Positions 1 to 10,024 are shown, counted from the stretch's first letter. The stretch: 64,000 bases of DNA from Candidatus Bathyarchaeota archaeon (GCA_963772455.1 CAVYXJ010000007.1:422579-486578); one strand, 5' to 3'. Notes: generated by a model not told the origin, from the sequence alone. Numbers and translations: made by a program.

Positions 1-622
1 AGATTTTTCTTGGCAACTTATCAACTTGCGTTAGCTCAACTCCAAAGTTTTTTCTCTCAGACAAAAACAATAATGCAATTACAAATGCAGTTACACCAGC
101 AATTCCCACCGCAATGTAGATGGTAAAGAAACTTTCTGAGGTTGCAAAAAGGATGTAACCGCCCAAAAACGGTGCCAAAGCCCTGCCTACTGCGGTTGCA
201 GAATTGAAAAGGGACATACGCTCTCCACGCTTAGTTGGAAACAATGTTGCAATTGAGGCTTCAGCCACTGGAATAAAGATTGCAGTTGCAAACCCATGGT
301 AAAACCGCACAATTGCCAAAGTCCACCACGAATTAACCCCTAAATACAAGAAAGGAGCAGAAGCAAAAACAAAAGCGGCAAACAAAAGAACTTTTCTACG
401 ACCAAAAACGTCGGAAAGTGAAGCTGCTGGTAAACTGATTAGTATACCGGGAATAGTTGATGCTGCAGCAATGATACCCAGCAAGTTGTCAGGTGTTCCA
501 AGGCTGGTGGCGAAGGGTTTTAACACGGGATTTTTTGACATGGTTGAGCTAAGGATTGCAAATAAGCCCATTATGCATATTATTAGAAAGAAGGCTCTTT
601 GTGTCCATTTAGATCTAAGCAT
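1..622 (-). CDS. MFS transporter (5' part; runs off the window start)
   Basis: Manual translation from ATG at 622: MLRSKWTQRAFFLIICIMGLFAILSSTMSKNPVL...ASLSDVFGRRKVLL (MFS motif A) with repeated hydrophobic helices; absent from the ORF track because it is truncated. Confidence 0.85.
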   Translation of the reverse strand, partial: MLRSKWTQRAFFLIICIMGLFAILSSTMSKNPVLKPFATSLGTPDNLLGIIAAASTIPGILISLPAASLSDVFGRRKVLLFAAFVFASAPFLYLGVNSWWTLAIVRFYHGFATAIFIPVAEASIATLFPTKRGERMSLFNSATAVGRALAPFLGGYILFATSESFFTIYIAVGIAGVTAFVIALLFLSERKNFGVELTQVDKLPRKI

Positions 623-740
623 GCTACAGTCAAAATGAAAGCGTAATAAAGAACTATTTTTTGTTTGCTATCTTTGAAAAGAAGTGGTTTATTAGGGGTG
701 TTTTCTTTCTGTTTAAGAGTTAATTGTTGAAGGAAATAGA

Positions 741-1442
741 TTGAGCGCTTTTACGAGAATCAGGCGAAACGAATATTTCAAGTCGGCAATAGTAATTCTT
801 CTAATTGTTTCTGTAGTTTTAGGAATTTACTTTGGTGTACAATTCGCGCTAGGTACAGCAGTTCCAATTAGAGTAGTGGAAAGCGGTAGCATGTGCGTAC
901 CATACGATGGTCTTTGCAACGGCTGGAGCCACCCCTTTGAACAAACACTCCATGTAGGAGACATAATTGTAATTCAGAAAGTGAACCCAGCGGACCTCAA
1001 CGACAACTACCCCAACAGCGATATAATCGTTTATGAAAACCCAAACGACCAATCATCTACGCCCATAGTCCACCGCATAGTTGAAACCTACAAAATCAAT
1101 GGCACAATATATTTCCAAACTAAAGGTGACGGCAACAGCGGCGACAAATGGCCAAACCCCGTCTCACCTCAAGAATACGATTCCCGAACCCTCTGGAGCA
1201 GCGGACAAGGAGTTCCACAAGACCTTGTAATAGGCAAAGTTGTTATGCGCATTCCATATTTTGGATGGGTTACCCTTTTCCTGCGAAATAATCCGTGGGG
1301 TTTGCCAGTCGTAATCGCACTCATATTGATACTCGTACTTCTTGAATTTGTTATTCCTATGATCAGAGGCAAAAAAGGCAAGCCTAAAGAAGAACAAAAA
1401 ACCGAGACTATTGAGGATAATTCTACATTAACAGGTTTGTAA
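741..1442 (+). CDS. Signal peptidase I (archaeal Sec11/S26 type)
   Basis: N-terminal TM, VESGSM catalytic Ser, GDII, IVHR His, TKGDGN, C-terminal TM. Confidence 0.9.
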   Translation: MSAFTRIRRNEYFKSAIVILLIVSVVLGIYFGVQFALGTAVPIRVVESGSMCVPYDGLCNGWSHPFEQTLHVGDIIVIQKVNPADLNDNYPNSDIIVYENPNDQSSTPIVHRIVETYKINGTIYFQTKGDGNSGDKWPNPVSPQEYDSRTLWSSGQGVPQDLVIGKVVMRIPYFGWVTLFLRNNPWGLPVVIALILILVLLEFVIPMIRGKKGKPKEEQKTETIEDNSTLTGL

Positions 1443-1469
1443 CGAAGTCTAAAAGATTGGAAACCGTTG

Positions 1470-2027
1470 CTATAACTTTGCACTGTTTGCGAGTTCTTTA
1501 GCCCATCCACGAATTTCTTCCCAGTCACGCAACTCGTAAACTCCAGGCGACGACTCTTTGAAGCCATCTTTTTGGAGCTGAGGTTTGAGGAAACCAAGTG
1601 TTTTTCTTGTAATTATGTTCATTTTGTTGAAGTCTAAAACGCCGCCAAAGAAACCCAAGCTTATTGGTTTAAGATTATACTTGGTAACTTTGTCTTCGAG
1701 CTCCATCTTGCGAGTTTTTGCTAGTTCCTCGGTTTTTCCTTCCCGTTCAGTGACTGTTTTCATGGTTGAAATAAAAAGCGCAACTTTCTTTTGACCAAGT
1801 TCTTTTTGGAATTTTTTCAAGAAATCTTCAGCTTCACCCGTCCACCTCCCGAATTGCATGCCACTGCCCACGATTATTAAGTTGAATAATGAGATGTCTT
1901 TGATTTTCTCTTCTTTCGCATTTACAACTTTAACGTCACAACCCTCTGATTGAAGGACTTTTGCAATTTCTTCAGATGTGCTAGCTGTTGCGCCGTACCT
2001 TGTGCCATAAACAAGCAAAGTTTTCAT
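1470..2027 (-). CDS. Flavodoxin-domain protein (HemG-like)
   Basis: LLVYGTRYGATAS FMN-binding loop, IIVGSG, C-terminal RDWEEIRGWA. Confidence 0.8.
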   Translation of the reverse strand: MKTLLVYGTRYGATASTSEEIAKVLQSEGCDVKVVNAKEEKIKDISLFNLIIVGSGMQFGRWTGEAEDFLKKFQKELGQKKVALFISTMKTVTEREGKTEELAKTRKMELEDKVTKYNLKPISLGFFGGVLDFNKMNIITRKTLGFLKPQLQKDGFKESSPGVYELRDWEEIRGWAKELANSAKL

Positions 2028-2040
2028 GTTTCAGGCTTCC

Positions 2041-2493
2041 TTAAGAAATCAAACCTTTGGCGAAGGCTTCAGCTTGCTTTAGGTCATCTTCATTAGGATG
2101 CCCTTTTTGAATACCGCCAAAAATTTTGAGAGCACCATAAGTGTCAAATCCTGCACAATTAAAATCTCCAACAATACTGAAGCCTTTAGACTCAAGCGCT
2201 TCTCTAAGTTTCTGATGGAATTTTGGTGTTTTTCCCGTTTGACCACTGGTTGAGAAAATGAATGCTTTCTTTTTAGTTACCGGAGGCAACTTTTCAGCAA
2301 AATCAAGCAGCACCTTGTAGTGTTTTCCAAAAGAAATCCCCGAACCAAACCCTACAAGGTCATATTCAGAAAACCCTTGCGGACTAATTTCGCCTGGCAT
2401 TTTAACTTCAGCGTTGAGGGTTTTAGCCAAGACTGAAGCGATTTTATCTGTGTTTTTGTGGTGATAAGAGAAACAGACTATAAACGTTTTCAT
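2041..2493 (-). CDS. Flavodoxin family protein
   Basis: FSYHHKNTDKIA, LVGFGSGI, FIFSTSG, GHPNEDDLKQA; start placed at MKTFIV. Confidence 0.8.
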   Translation of the reverse strand: MKTFIVCFSYHHKNTDKIASVLAKTLNAEVKMPGEISPQGFSEYDLVGFGSGISFGKHYKVLLDFAEKLPPVTKKKAFIFSTSGQTGKTPKFHQKLREALESKGFSIVGDFNCAGFDTYGALKIFGGIQKGHPNEDDLKQAEAFAKGLIS

Positions 2494-2611
2494 AAGTGTC
2501 ACGAGCATTTGAGTTTGAGTCAGTTAGCCTATTATGTTTTTTGGCTATAGTCTTGATTAGCTAGAAATCAGTTTATATACTGAATTGACTTAATTTTTGT
2601 AGGGATAAATT

Positions 2612-3070
2612 TTGGCTTCTCAAAAACTTTTAGAATATCTAAACATGGGCATAGCCCGCGAACTCCAAGTCAGCATCCAATACATGTGGCAACATGTTCA
2701 AGTTACAGGCACCGACGGGGTCATAGTTGAAGACATTTTGCGCAAGACAGCAATCGCCGAAATGAAACATGCCGAACGCCTCGCCGAACGATTAGACTAC
2801 CTCAATGGAATAGCCACAATCAAACCTGACCCAATTTTCGTGCGCGGCAGTCTTATCGAAATGCTCAAACAAAATGAACAGGACGAAGAAAAAGCCATCA
2901 ACCTCTACAAACAAGCAATCCAAGTGGCAGCAGAAGAAGGCGACTACACCACAAGGCGATTATTGGAAGAAATTTTGGCGGAAGAAGAAGACCACATAAA
3001 CACTTTTGGCAAACTCCTCGTTGGTTTCACTGAACCGTTTACACAACCAGGAACATCACGCATAGAATAA
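2612..3070 (+). CDS. Bacterioferritin / ferritin-like di-iron protein
   Basis: ELQVSIQY, EMKHAE (ExxH plus Bfr heme-ligand-like Met), EEKAINLY, EEEDH. Confidence 0.8.
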   Translation: MASQKLLEYLNMGIARELQVSIQYMWQHVQVTGTDGVIVEDILRKTAIAEMKHAERLAERLDYLNGIATIKPDPIFVRGSLIEMLKQNEQDEEKAINLYKQAIQVAAEEGDYTTRRLLEEILAEEEDHINTFGKLLVGFTEPFTQPGTSRIE

Positions 3071-3089
3071 AAAAGAAAAAGAAAACGTT

Positions 3090-4451
3090 CTAGCGCAGTT
3101 TCATGAGCACCATTTCTGCGGCAAGTACCATGGGTTCCCATGTTTCACATAGAGGCGGTGCATATGCAGTGTCAGCTTTGGCGAGTTCGCGCACTGTCAT
3201 TCCTTTTTGGATTGCAAAGCTTAAGCAGTTTATGCGTTGCGTAACTTCTTCTCCTCCGACGACCTGTCCGCCCACGATGCGCTGAGATTCTTTTTCTACA
3301 ACGATCTTGATTTTTATGGGTTTAGCGCCTGGGAAATAATCAGCCTTCGTCTTGCTGCTTATGGCTCCCGTGACGACTTCGATTCGGTTGCGGGCAGCTG
3401 AGGTTTCGGTTAAACCTGTGTTACCGGCTTCAATCTCAAAGAGCCTTGTTACGGCTGAAGCTAAAACTCCACTAAACTGACTGTAGTCGCCTCCTGCGTT
3501 TGCACCAGCAACTTTACCCTGGCGAACCGCAATGGTTCCAAGCTGAGCGCACATAGGTTTGTGGGTGATGATGTTTGGGGCTTCGGCGCAGTCGCCAACA
3601 GCGTAAACGTCTTTTACGTCGGTTTCCATTCGCCCGTTAGTCTTAATTGCTCTTGTCTCGCCCAAAGGAATTCCAGCTTCCATAGCGAGTTTCGTGTTCG
3701 CACGTACACCGAAGGCACTTATGAACAAGTCTGCTTCGATTTTTTCTCCGCCAGCCATAACAGCTGTAACTTTGTCTTCGCCCAAGAATTCTTCGACGCC
3801 TTTGCTGGTGAGAATAGTCATGCCTTTCTCCTGCAAATGTTCTAGGACCAGTTTTGCCATATCCGCATCAAGAAGCTGGGGTAAAATCTGAGGAAGCATT
3901 TCAACGATTGTAACTTTTAGGCCTCTCTCCATTAATCCAACACCGACTTCTAAACCGATTAAGCCTGCACCCATTATGACAGCGGATTTTGCTCCTGCGT
4001 TAACAGCGGCATCGATTTTTTCGCCATCTTCTATGGTTCGAAGACTTAGGATGCCGGGTTTTTCTTTACCTTTAATGGGCGGAATAAATGAGTCTGCGCC
4101 AGTTGCAATTACGAGACTGTCATAGGGCAAAACTTCGACGGCGCCTTCCTTAGTTGCAACGGTTACGGTTTTTTCTTTAGTGTTAATTGCTGTGGCTTTG
4201 GTTTCAGTACGCAAATTTAGTTTGAGCATTTGGAAGTATGCTGGAGCATAAACAACTAAATTGTGAAAACACGAAATTTGTCCTCCGATAACGAAGGGTA
4301 AGCCGCAACGGGAGTATCCAGCATTCTTTTCCTGAGTAACTAAGGTAACTTCAGCTGTTCGATCTTTCTTGCGTGCAGCTGAGGCAGCTTCAACGCCTGC
4401 AGCGTTAGCGCCGATTATAAGTACTCTTCTAACCATCCGATTTGCCTTCAC
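3090..4451 (-). CDS. FAD-dependent pyridine nucleotide-disulfide oxidoreductase (NADH oxidase / CoA-disulfide reductase family)
   Basis: IIGANAAG, GYSRCGLPF single active Cys, MGAGLIGLE, YAVGDC, C-terminal YAPP. Confidence 0.85.
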   Translation of the reverse strand: MKANRMVRRVLIIGANAAGVEAASAARKKDRTAEVTLVTQEKNAGYSRCGLPFVIGGQISCFHNLVVYAPAYFQMLKLNLRTETKATAINTKEKTVTVATKEGAVEVLPYDSLVIATGADSFIPPIKGKEKPGILSLRTIEDGEKIDAAVNAGAKSAVIMGAGLIGLEVGVGLMERGLKVTIVEMLPQILPQLLDADMAKLVLEHLQEKGMTILTSKGVEEFLGEDKVTAVMAGGEKIEADLFISAFGVRANTKLAMEAGIPLGETRAIKTNGRMETDVKDVYAVGDCAEAPNIITHKPMCAQLGTIAVRQGKVAGANAGGDYSQFSGVLASAVTRLFEIEAGNTGLTETSAARNRIEVVTGAISSKTKADYFPGAKPIKIKIVVEKESQRIVGGQVVGGEEVTQRINCLSFAIQKGMTVRELAKADTAYAPPLCETWEPMVLAAEMVLMKLR

Positions 4452-4454
4452 TTA

Positions 4455-4871
4455 TTATTTACAAGCGGCTTGCGCTTTATGCCATTCAACAGCTTTGTCA
4501 AAATCCATTAAGTTCGCAAGTTCAGCTTGCAGGTTTGAGGGAGTAATAACGATTAACCATCCTTTCGTGTAAGGATCTTCATTTAGGGTCTCTGGTTTAG
4601 ACTGAACTTCATCGTTAACTTCTTGAATAGTTCCACTTACGGCTGCAACCAGATCAGAGACGGCTTTAACAGACTCCAACGTTCCGTAAGGTTCGCCCTG
4701 CTTCACTTCAGAGCCAATACTTGGCAATTCTGCATAAACGATTTCCCGCAACGACTTCTGCGCATAGTCAGTAATACCCATGCGGATTTTATCGCCTTCA
4801 ACTTTAACCCATTCAAAATCTTTAGAGAAAAAGAGACCTTCTGGAACTTCGTACGATTCAACTTTTACCAT
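4455..4871 (-). CDS. gcvH: Glycine cleavage system H protein (lipoyl carrier)
   Basis: GITDYAQ, ESVKAVSD lipoyl-Lys motif, NEDPYTKGW. Confidence 0.92.
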   Translation of the reverse strand: MVKVESYEVPEGLFFSKDFEWVKVEGDKIRMGITDYAQKSLREIVYAELPSIGSEVKQGEPYGTLESVKAVSDLVAAVSGTIQEVNDEVQSKPETLNEDPYTKGWLIVITPSNLQAELANLMDFDKAVEWHKAQAACK

Positions 4872-4949
4872 GACATAAACCTTCTGAATGTTATTAAGTT
4901 ACCAGATTAGCATCCAACATAAAAGGTTTAATGAAAGAGGAAACGGGTT

Positions 4950-6035
4950 TTAGCGTTCTCGCTTGCCCGCTATCCAATCTTCCGTCCATTCCCGCGCTTG
5001 CGAATCAGGCACTTGGATTGGCGGATGCTTAAACGCATAAGACGGCATACTTAGCAATGCGCCGGAGATTTTGCGATCTAAAGCAATTTTGGCTGCTCTG
5101 ATAAGGTCGATTACGACGCCTGCGCTGTTCGGGGAATCTTCTACTTCGAGTTTTGCACTGATGTTTATGGGGCGGTCGCCGAATGCACGGGTTTTGATTG
5201 ACAGATAACATATTTTCTTGTTTTTTAGGAAAGGCACAAAATCTGATGGTCCGATTCTTGTCGGCAAATTGTAAGGCACGAGGCTGGTAACCGCTTCGGT
5301 TTTGCTGATGCGTTTACTGGTGAGGCGGTTTTCCACGGTCATGTTCTGGAAGTCAGTGTCGCCGCCAAGGTTTAACTGGTAAGTTTCATCTACAATGGCA
5401 CCACGGTCGAGACAAAGCCTGATAAGTGTACGGTGAAGAATGGTGGCGCCCACTTGGCTTTTGATGTCGTCACCTAAAACGGGCAACCCTGCAGCCTCGA
5501 ATTTTTTAGGCCATTCTTTGGTGACGTCGGACCCAATGAATTCAGGCATACAATTCACGAATGCGCAACCTGCGTCGATGGCGCATTGGGCGTAGAATCG
5601 GACTGCGTCGTGGCTGCCGACGGGCAAATAGTTAACGAGTACCTGGGTTTTTGTTTCTTTGAGGATTTTGACGATGCTGTTTTTTGGGGTTTTGCTGTCG
5701 TCGAAGACATTGAAGGTTTCCCTCATGTGAGGTGCTACGCCATCAAGGATCGGTGCTGGAGAAACTTTAACGCCCAAGTTTGGGACGTCAGCGAATTTTT
5801 CGCATACGTTAGGTTTAATCCAAATGGCTTCGGAGAGGTCTTTGCCTATTTTGGCTTTGTTAACTTCAAACGCTGCGACAAAATGGATATCACTTATGTG
5901 GTATCCGCCATAGTTCACGTGCATTAGCCCTGGAATCGTTGTGTCTTCTTTTGCATCCTTATAGTATTGTGTTCCTTGAATGAGGGCTGATGCGCTGTTG
6001 CCAACGCCAATGAGTGCTACGCGAATTTCTGGCAT
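4950..6035 (-). CDS. ino1: myo-inositol-1-phosphate synthase
   Basis: IGVGNSASAL, NYLPVGS, GDDIKSQVGATI, QLNLGGDTDF, DSPNSAG. Confidence 0.92.
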   Translation of the reverse strand: MPEIRVALIGVGNSASALIQGTQYYKDAKEDTTIPGLMHVNYGGYHISDIHFVAAFEVNKAKIGKDLSEAIWIKPNVCEKFADVPNLGVKVSPAPILDGVAPHMRETFNVFDDSKTPKNSIVKILKETKTQVLVNYLPVGSHDAVRFYAQCAIDAGCAFVNCMPEFIGSDVTKEWPKKFEAAGLPVLGDDIKSQVGATILHRTLIRLCLDRGAIVDETYQLNLGGDTDFQNMTVENRLTSKRISKTEAVTSLVPYNLPTRIGPSDFVPFLKNKKICYLSIKTRAFGDRPINISAKLEVEDSPNSAGVVIDLIRAAKIALDRKISGALLSMPSYAFKHPPIQVPDSQAREWTEDWIAGKRER

Positions 6036-6145
6036 AAAACATTAACCATCCAATGCATTGAGTTAGTTTAGGCTAATGTGCGTCTACGCTATAACTTTTT
6101 CTAAAGAAACAAAGTTTTTCCTGTTAGGTGAAATGAAATAGTTCT

Positions 6146-6352
6146 TTAACTATCGGTTTTGACAGATTTGGTTTTGTTTTCATTCGTCTTGTCTTCAAGA
6201 ATAAGTTGGGCTAAGAGGCAGGTAATATAAGCTGAAAAACTTTGAATACCTTTCTTTAGTGTGTATTCATCTTTGACTTTTAGCCATTCCTTATAAAAGT
6301 AATCGTAAACTTCTGCTTTGACAGTTATGGTTTTGTAGCCTTTTTTGGGCAT
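6146..6352 (-). CDS. Small putative ribbon-helix-helix DNA-binding protein
   Basis: MPKKGYKTITVKAEVYD: alternating beta strand followed by two predicted helices. Confidence 0.6.
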   Translation of the reverse strand: MPKKGYKTITVKAEVYDYFYKEWLKVKDEYTLKKGIQSFSAYITCLLAQLILEDKTNENKTKSVKTDS

Positions 6353-6497
6353 TTATTCCACTGCCGATATTATCTGGACGTACAATATTTAAGGTTTAAG
6401 AAAATAATTACGAAAGTGGACATGTACGAAACTTTGTTGAACCATTAATTTTATATTTGTTTGCACTTTAAAGTACGAACAGGAGAAGTTGAGCTTT

Positions 6498-6644
6498 TTG
6501 CCGCGAAAAGGCTACAAATGTATAACAATTAACGAAAAAATACATGAAGATATTAAAAAAAGAGCTCAAGAAACTAACCGCACCATGAAAGAGTATGTAG
6601 AATACTTACTCGCCAAAAATAAAGACTTCAAAGAAAAAAAATAG
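6498..6644 (+). CDS. Small putative RHH protein, paralog of 6146-6352 (not in ORF track)
   Basis: TTG start after AGGAG; MPRKGYKCITINEKIHEDIKKRAQETNRTMKEYVEYLLAKNKDFKEKK*. Confidence 0.7.
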   Translation: MPRKGYKCITINEKIHEDIKKRAQETNRTMKEYVEYLLAKNKDFKEKK

Positions 6645-6719
6645 AGCTTTCCAAGCAAAGTTTTTTTAGGCAAAATTAAAAGGGAACGGACTACACCTAA
6701 ATAGTCAACTGGTGAAACA

Positions 6720-7091
6720 TTGAGCACAAATGAAATCGCCGTTTCTTATGAACCATTCAAAGAAATTGTAATTATGGAAAAAACCCGTTTTAACAGCCCC
6801 GAGGAAATTGCCCGCTTTACCTCTGTGATTGCTGGCGGCAAATTAGCAGGGTTATATTGGGTTGAAGGCGTAGTTTTTCTGTATTTTCCGCTTACTGCTT
6901 CAACAGCAATTGTTGCTAAGGAACTGCTTGAGAAACACAAGGTCTATTGGACTTTTGTAGGTTACGCTATGATGCCCAAGTATATGCCAATTATTGAAAC
7001 TAAGGAAAAAATGATTGTGCCAGTGGTTGAAATTACTTCCGATCCTATTCTGAAGTCTGTTGCTCTTTGGCTTAAGGAATTAAAGCAGTAA
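6720..7091 (+). CDS. Hypothetical protein
   Basis: 123-aa ORF with GGTGA RBS, 9 bp before the riboflavin kinase gene. Confidence 0.65.
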   Translation: MSTNEIAVSYEPFKEIVIMEKTRFNSPEEIARFTSVIAGGKLAGLYWVEGVVFLYFPLTASTAIVAKELLEKHKVYWTFVGYAMMPKYMPIIETKEKMIVPVVEITSDPILKSVALWLKELKQ

Positions 7092-7100
7092 GGCTTTGTT

Positions 7101-7487
7101 TTGCCAAAAATAGTTTTTGAAGGCACAGTCATCTCTGGTGAGGGCAAGGGCAAAAAATTTGTTGCGTTACCCTGGTTTAAGCAACAGGTGGAAGAAAAGC
7201 TGGGTTTTTCTCCGTATTTGGGAACTTTAAACCTGCGTTTATCTGTAAAAGAAGCGGAAAAAAGAATTTTGCTTGAAAACGCAGATGGTTTATTGGTTGA
7301 ACCACAAACAGGCTACTACCCCGGATTGTTGTTCAAAGCAACCATCAATGCATTGGAGTGCGGGGTTGTAATTCCGATAATGCCTAATTATCCAAACGAC
7401 GTCTTAGAAATTATTGCACCAGTCTATTTACGTGGGCTGCTTAAATTAAAGAATAGCAGCTTGGTAGTTGTCTCCGTTAATGTTTAG
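7101..7487 (+). CDS. ribK: CTP-dependent riboflavin kinase (no HTH domain)
   Basis: GTVISGEGKGKKF, LGFSPYLGTLN, VLEIIAPVYLR. Confidence 0.88.
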   Translation: MPKIVFEGTVISGEGKGKKFVALPWFKQQVEEKLGFSPYLGTLNLRLSVKEAEKRILLENADGLLVEPQTGYYPGLLFKATINALECGVVIPIMPNYPNDVLEIIAPVYLRGLLKLKNSSLVVVSVNV

Positions 7488-8976
7488 AACTATTTGCTTT
7501 TTTGAATACATCAATGTACTCATCTAAGCCACCTGACTTTTTCAGGTAGGAACCATAAGTTACCAACGCCTTCATGGCGCGTGCCGCATCCTCAGGAGAT
7601 TCAAACGAGGGAACGCCAAGCTTGTCAAAGCGTTTGCGGGTATAGAGAGCCATTTCTGTTTCGCCGATGTCACACATAACTATTGGCTTGTTGTAGTTTT
7701 CGGCCACTTTAACAATGCCATCGATGTACACTTCGCGGAGCCCTGGCATGTGATGTAGTCCAAGAAGAATTATTCCATTGATTGTAGGGTCCTGAAACAT
7801 CAGGTCAGCTGCCATGACAAACATGTCATCAATAACGGAACCCGTTAGGTCAACTGGGTTTGAGGTAGCTGCAATCTTTAGGATGATATTTTGATCTTTT
7901 AGTTCTTGGAATTTCTTCAAAGTATCCTCAGTGAAACGTTCCACCGTTAAACCTAAGACTTCGCATTCGTCCACGGTCATAACGCCTGGTCCGCCTGCGT
8001 CGGTTAAGATACCGATATTTTTACCCATAGCTGGGGGCTGCATAGCTAAAGCTTTGCCTATATCAAAGAACTCCTCCATGTCGCGTGCCCTGATCACTCC
8101 ACCTTGCTCGAAGGCTGCAGCATAGATTTTGTCTGAGCCAGCGATTGCACCCGTGTGGGATGCTGCGGCTCTTGCACCAGCGGCACTTCTGCCTGACTTG
8201 ATGATTACTATGGGTTTTTTGACTGTGACCTTTTTAGCGATTTTGAGGAATTCTCTTCCAGCCGCGATGTCTTCGAGATAAACAAGGATAACCTTGGTTT
8301 CTTTATCATGTAAAAGGTAGTGGAGAATATCGGATTCAGTAACATCACATTTATTGCCAAAACTCACGAATTTGCTAACGCCCATCTGCCGCCCTGTCAA
8401 GTAATCTAAGGCTGCTACGCCGAAAGCACCGCTTTGCGTAATCATAGCAATGTTGCCAGGCATCGGTCTTGGGGTTGCAACAACTTCTTCCCCCGTTGTT
8501 AAAATTTTTGTTTCGGGAAGAAACAGGGTGTCGATTCCTGTTTTTGAATAATAAACACCTAGGCAGTTGGGTCCTAAAACTCTTATTCCACCCTTTGTTG
8601 CTGCGGAAACTACTTGATCTTCAAGTTCTTTATTTCCAACTTCTTTAAACCCTGAACTGATAATAATGGCATTTTTAACTTTTTTAGCTGCTGCCTCCTC
8701 CATTATGGAAGGCACAAACTTTGCTGGAACAATAACTACGATTAAGTCGATTTTACATGGGATTTGACTTAGAGATGAGTAGCATTTGAATCCTAAAATT
8801 GAATCTTCGTTTGGGTTAACAGGGTAGAGTTCACCTTTGAAGACTCCATGCTGCTTGTTGGAGGCGAAGTTCTTGAAAATAACGTGACCTGCTTTGTCAG
8901 CTTTTTTTGTAGCGCCAATTACTGCAACTGAATGGGGATTAAAGAATGCATCCATCTTCTGTAGTGTTTCTTCCAT
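7477..8976 (-). CDS. acdA: Acetate/acyl-CoA synthetase (ADP-forming) alpha subunit
   Basis: SVAVIGA, LGPNCLG, TQSGA, GNKCD, ASHTGA phospho-His, NPVDLTG. Confidence 0.88.
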   Translation of the reverse strand: MEETLQKMDAFFNPHSVAVIGATKKADKAGHVIFKNFASNKQHGVFKGELYPVNPNEDSILGFKCYSSLSQIPCKIDLIVVIVPAKFVPSIMEEAAAKKVKNAIIISSGFKEVGNKELEDQVVSAATKGGIRVLGPNCLGVYYSKTGIDTLFLPETKILTTGEEVVATPRPMPGNIAMITQSGAFGVAALDYLTGRQMGVSKFVSFGNKCDVTESDILHYLLHDKETKVILVYLEDIAAGREFLKIAKKVTVKKPIVIIKSGRSAAGARAAASHTGAIAGSDKIYAAAFEQGGVIRARDMEEFFDIGKALAMQPPAMGKNIGILTDAGGPGVMTVDECEVLGLTVERFTEDTLKKFQELKDQNIILKIAATSNPVDLTGSVIDDMFVMAADLMFQDPTINGIILLGLHHMPGLREVYIDGIVKVAENYNKPIVMCDIGETEMALYTRKRFDKLGVPSFESPEDAARAMKALVTYGSYLKKSGGLDEYIDVFKKANSSKH

Positions 8977-9077
8977 ACCTTATCCCACGTATCGCTAAGT
9001 GCTTGCAAATCGCATTTTTATGTATTACTCTCAAAGAAATCTATTTTTTGTTACTTCACTATTTGTTTTCTTGCGTA

Positions 9078-9929
9078 TTAACTTTCTTTGGACGTTCTCC
9101 TCACGATTACTAAAGGCTTGTGTCGGATTGCTTCAAGCATCTCCCAAGTTACATCATTAACCTCGACTTTAAATCTCGCAGCCATATCCCACACAGTAGC
9201 GCCTGAACCTGGACCACGCGCTTTATCGGCAATGTTCGTGATTTTCAACGCTTCACTCGCCGAGAGATCACAACCTATAGCCGTGAGTGGTGTGGAACTT
9301 TTCTTTAGCTTAAAGATTCTTCCCAAAATGAAAGTAGTGCTAGCACCCAGTGAATGTATGCCGTTGAATGGTTTTGGCCGCGGAGTAAAAAAGAAGTTGT
9401 GGAACTTGTAGGTTTTATCTGTGTCAGCAATTATTATGCAAACATTTTTGTTTAGCTTTTGCCGGATTTGGATTTGGATTTTCTGCGCCAACTCTGCAGG
9501 ATTACTCAAGGGCAAGCTCACATATGAGTACGGCAAATTCGAGCCATCTATTCCGCCTTCCGAGCCAAACATAAGCGCTTGCCAGAACCCAGCGTATTGC
9601 AATGCGACTTGTTTGTGTCGGCTGCCAGACTCCAAAGGATAAGTTCGAAGTCGCCTTAGCAACCGCGGACCAAAACCAACTAAAATTCCAAGCGTATAAC
9701 CCCAGATAAAACGCATCCAGAAACCCGCCAAAACTCTTGCACTCCATCTTGGCTCAAAAGCGCTTTCATCCACCATGTTGCCCAACGCAGTTGAAATTGC
9801 CTTCTCCGAAACTACAACAAAGTCTCCATTTTTTATTTTGCCATCTAAAGCCAAAACTATTTTGTCAAGGTAATTGTCTTTTGGTTTCCAGTAACTAGTT
9901 GTAAGTGCTAACGAGGAATACTTTGTCAT
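9078..9929 (-). CDS. CofE-like (coenzyme F420:glutamate ligase family) protein
   Basis: GDFVVVSEKAISTALG, GGIDGSN, IIIADTD. Confidence 0.7.
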   Translation of the reverse strand: MTKYSSLALTTSYWKPKDNYLDKIVLALDGKIKNGDFVVVSEKAISTALGNMVDESAFEPRWSARVLAGFWMRFIWGYTLGILVGFGPRLLRRLRTYPLESGSRHKQVALQYAGFWQALMFGSEGGIDGSNLPYSYVSLPLSNPAELAQKIQIQIRQKLNKNVCIIIADTDKTYKFHNFFFTPRPKPFNGIHSLGASTTFILGRIFKLKKSSTPLTAIGCDLSASEALKITNIADKARGPGSGATVWDMAARFKVEVNDVTWEMLEAIRHKPLVIVRRTSKES

Positions 9930-10024
9930 TCTACTTGGTTGTAGGTGCTTCGTCTATAGAATAACATTGCTGCTGCCGCTGCAATTAGCATGATTGTGAC
10001 AATGGCGATTGAGGAGAATTCGGT
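9926..10024 (-). pseudogene. Orphan remnant resembling a PEF-CTERM-type C-terminal sorting signal
   Basis: Reads TEFSSIAIVTIMLIAAAAAMLFYRRSTYNQVE*; in-frame TAA immediately upstream; its TGA overlaps the next ATG. Confidence 0.5.
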
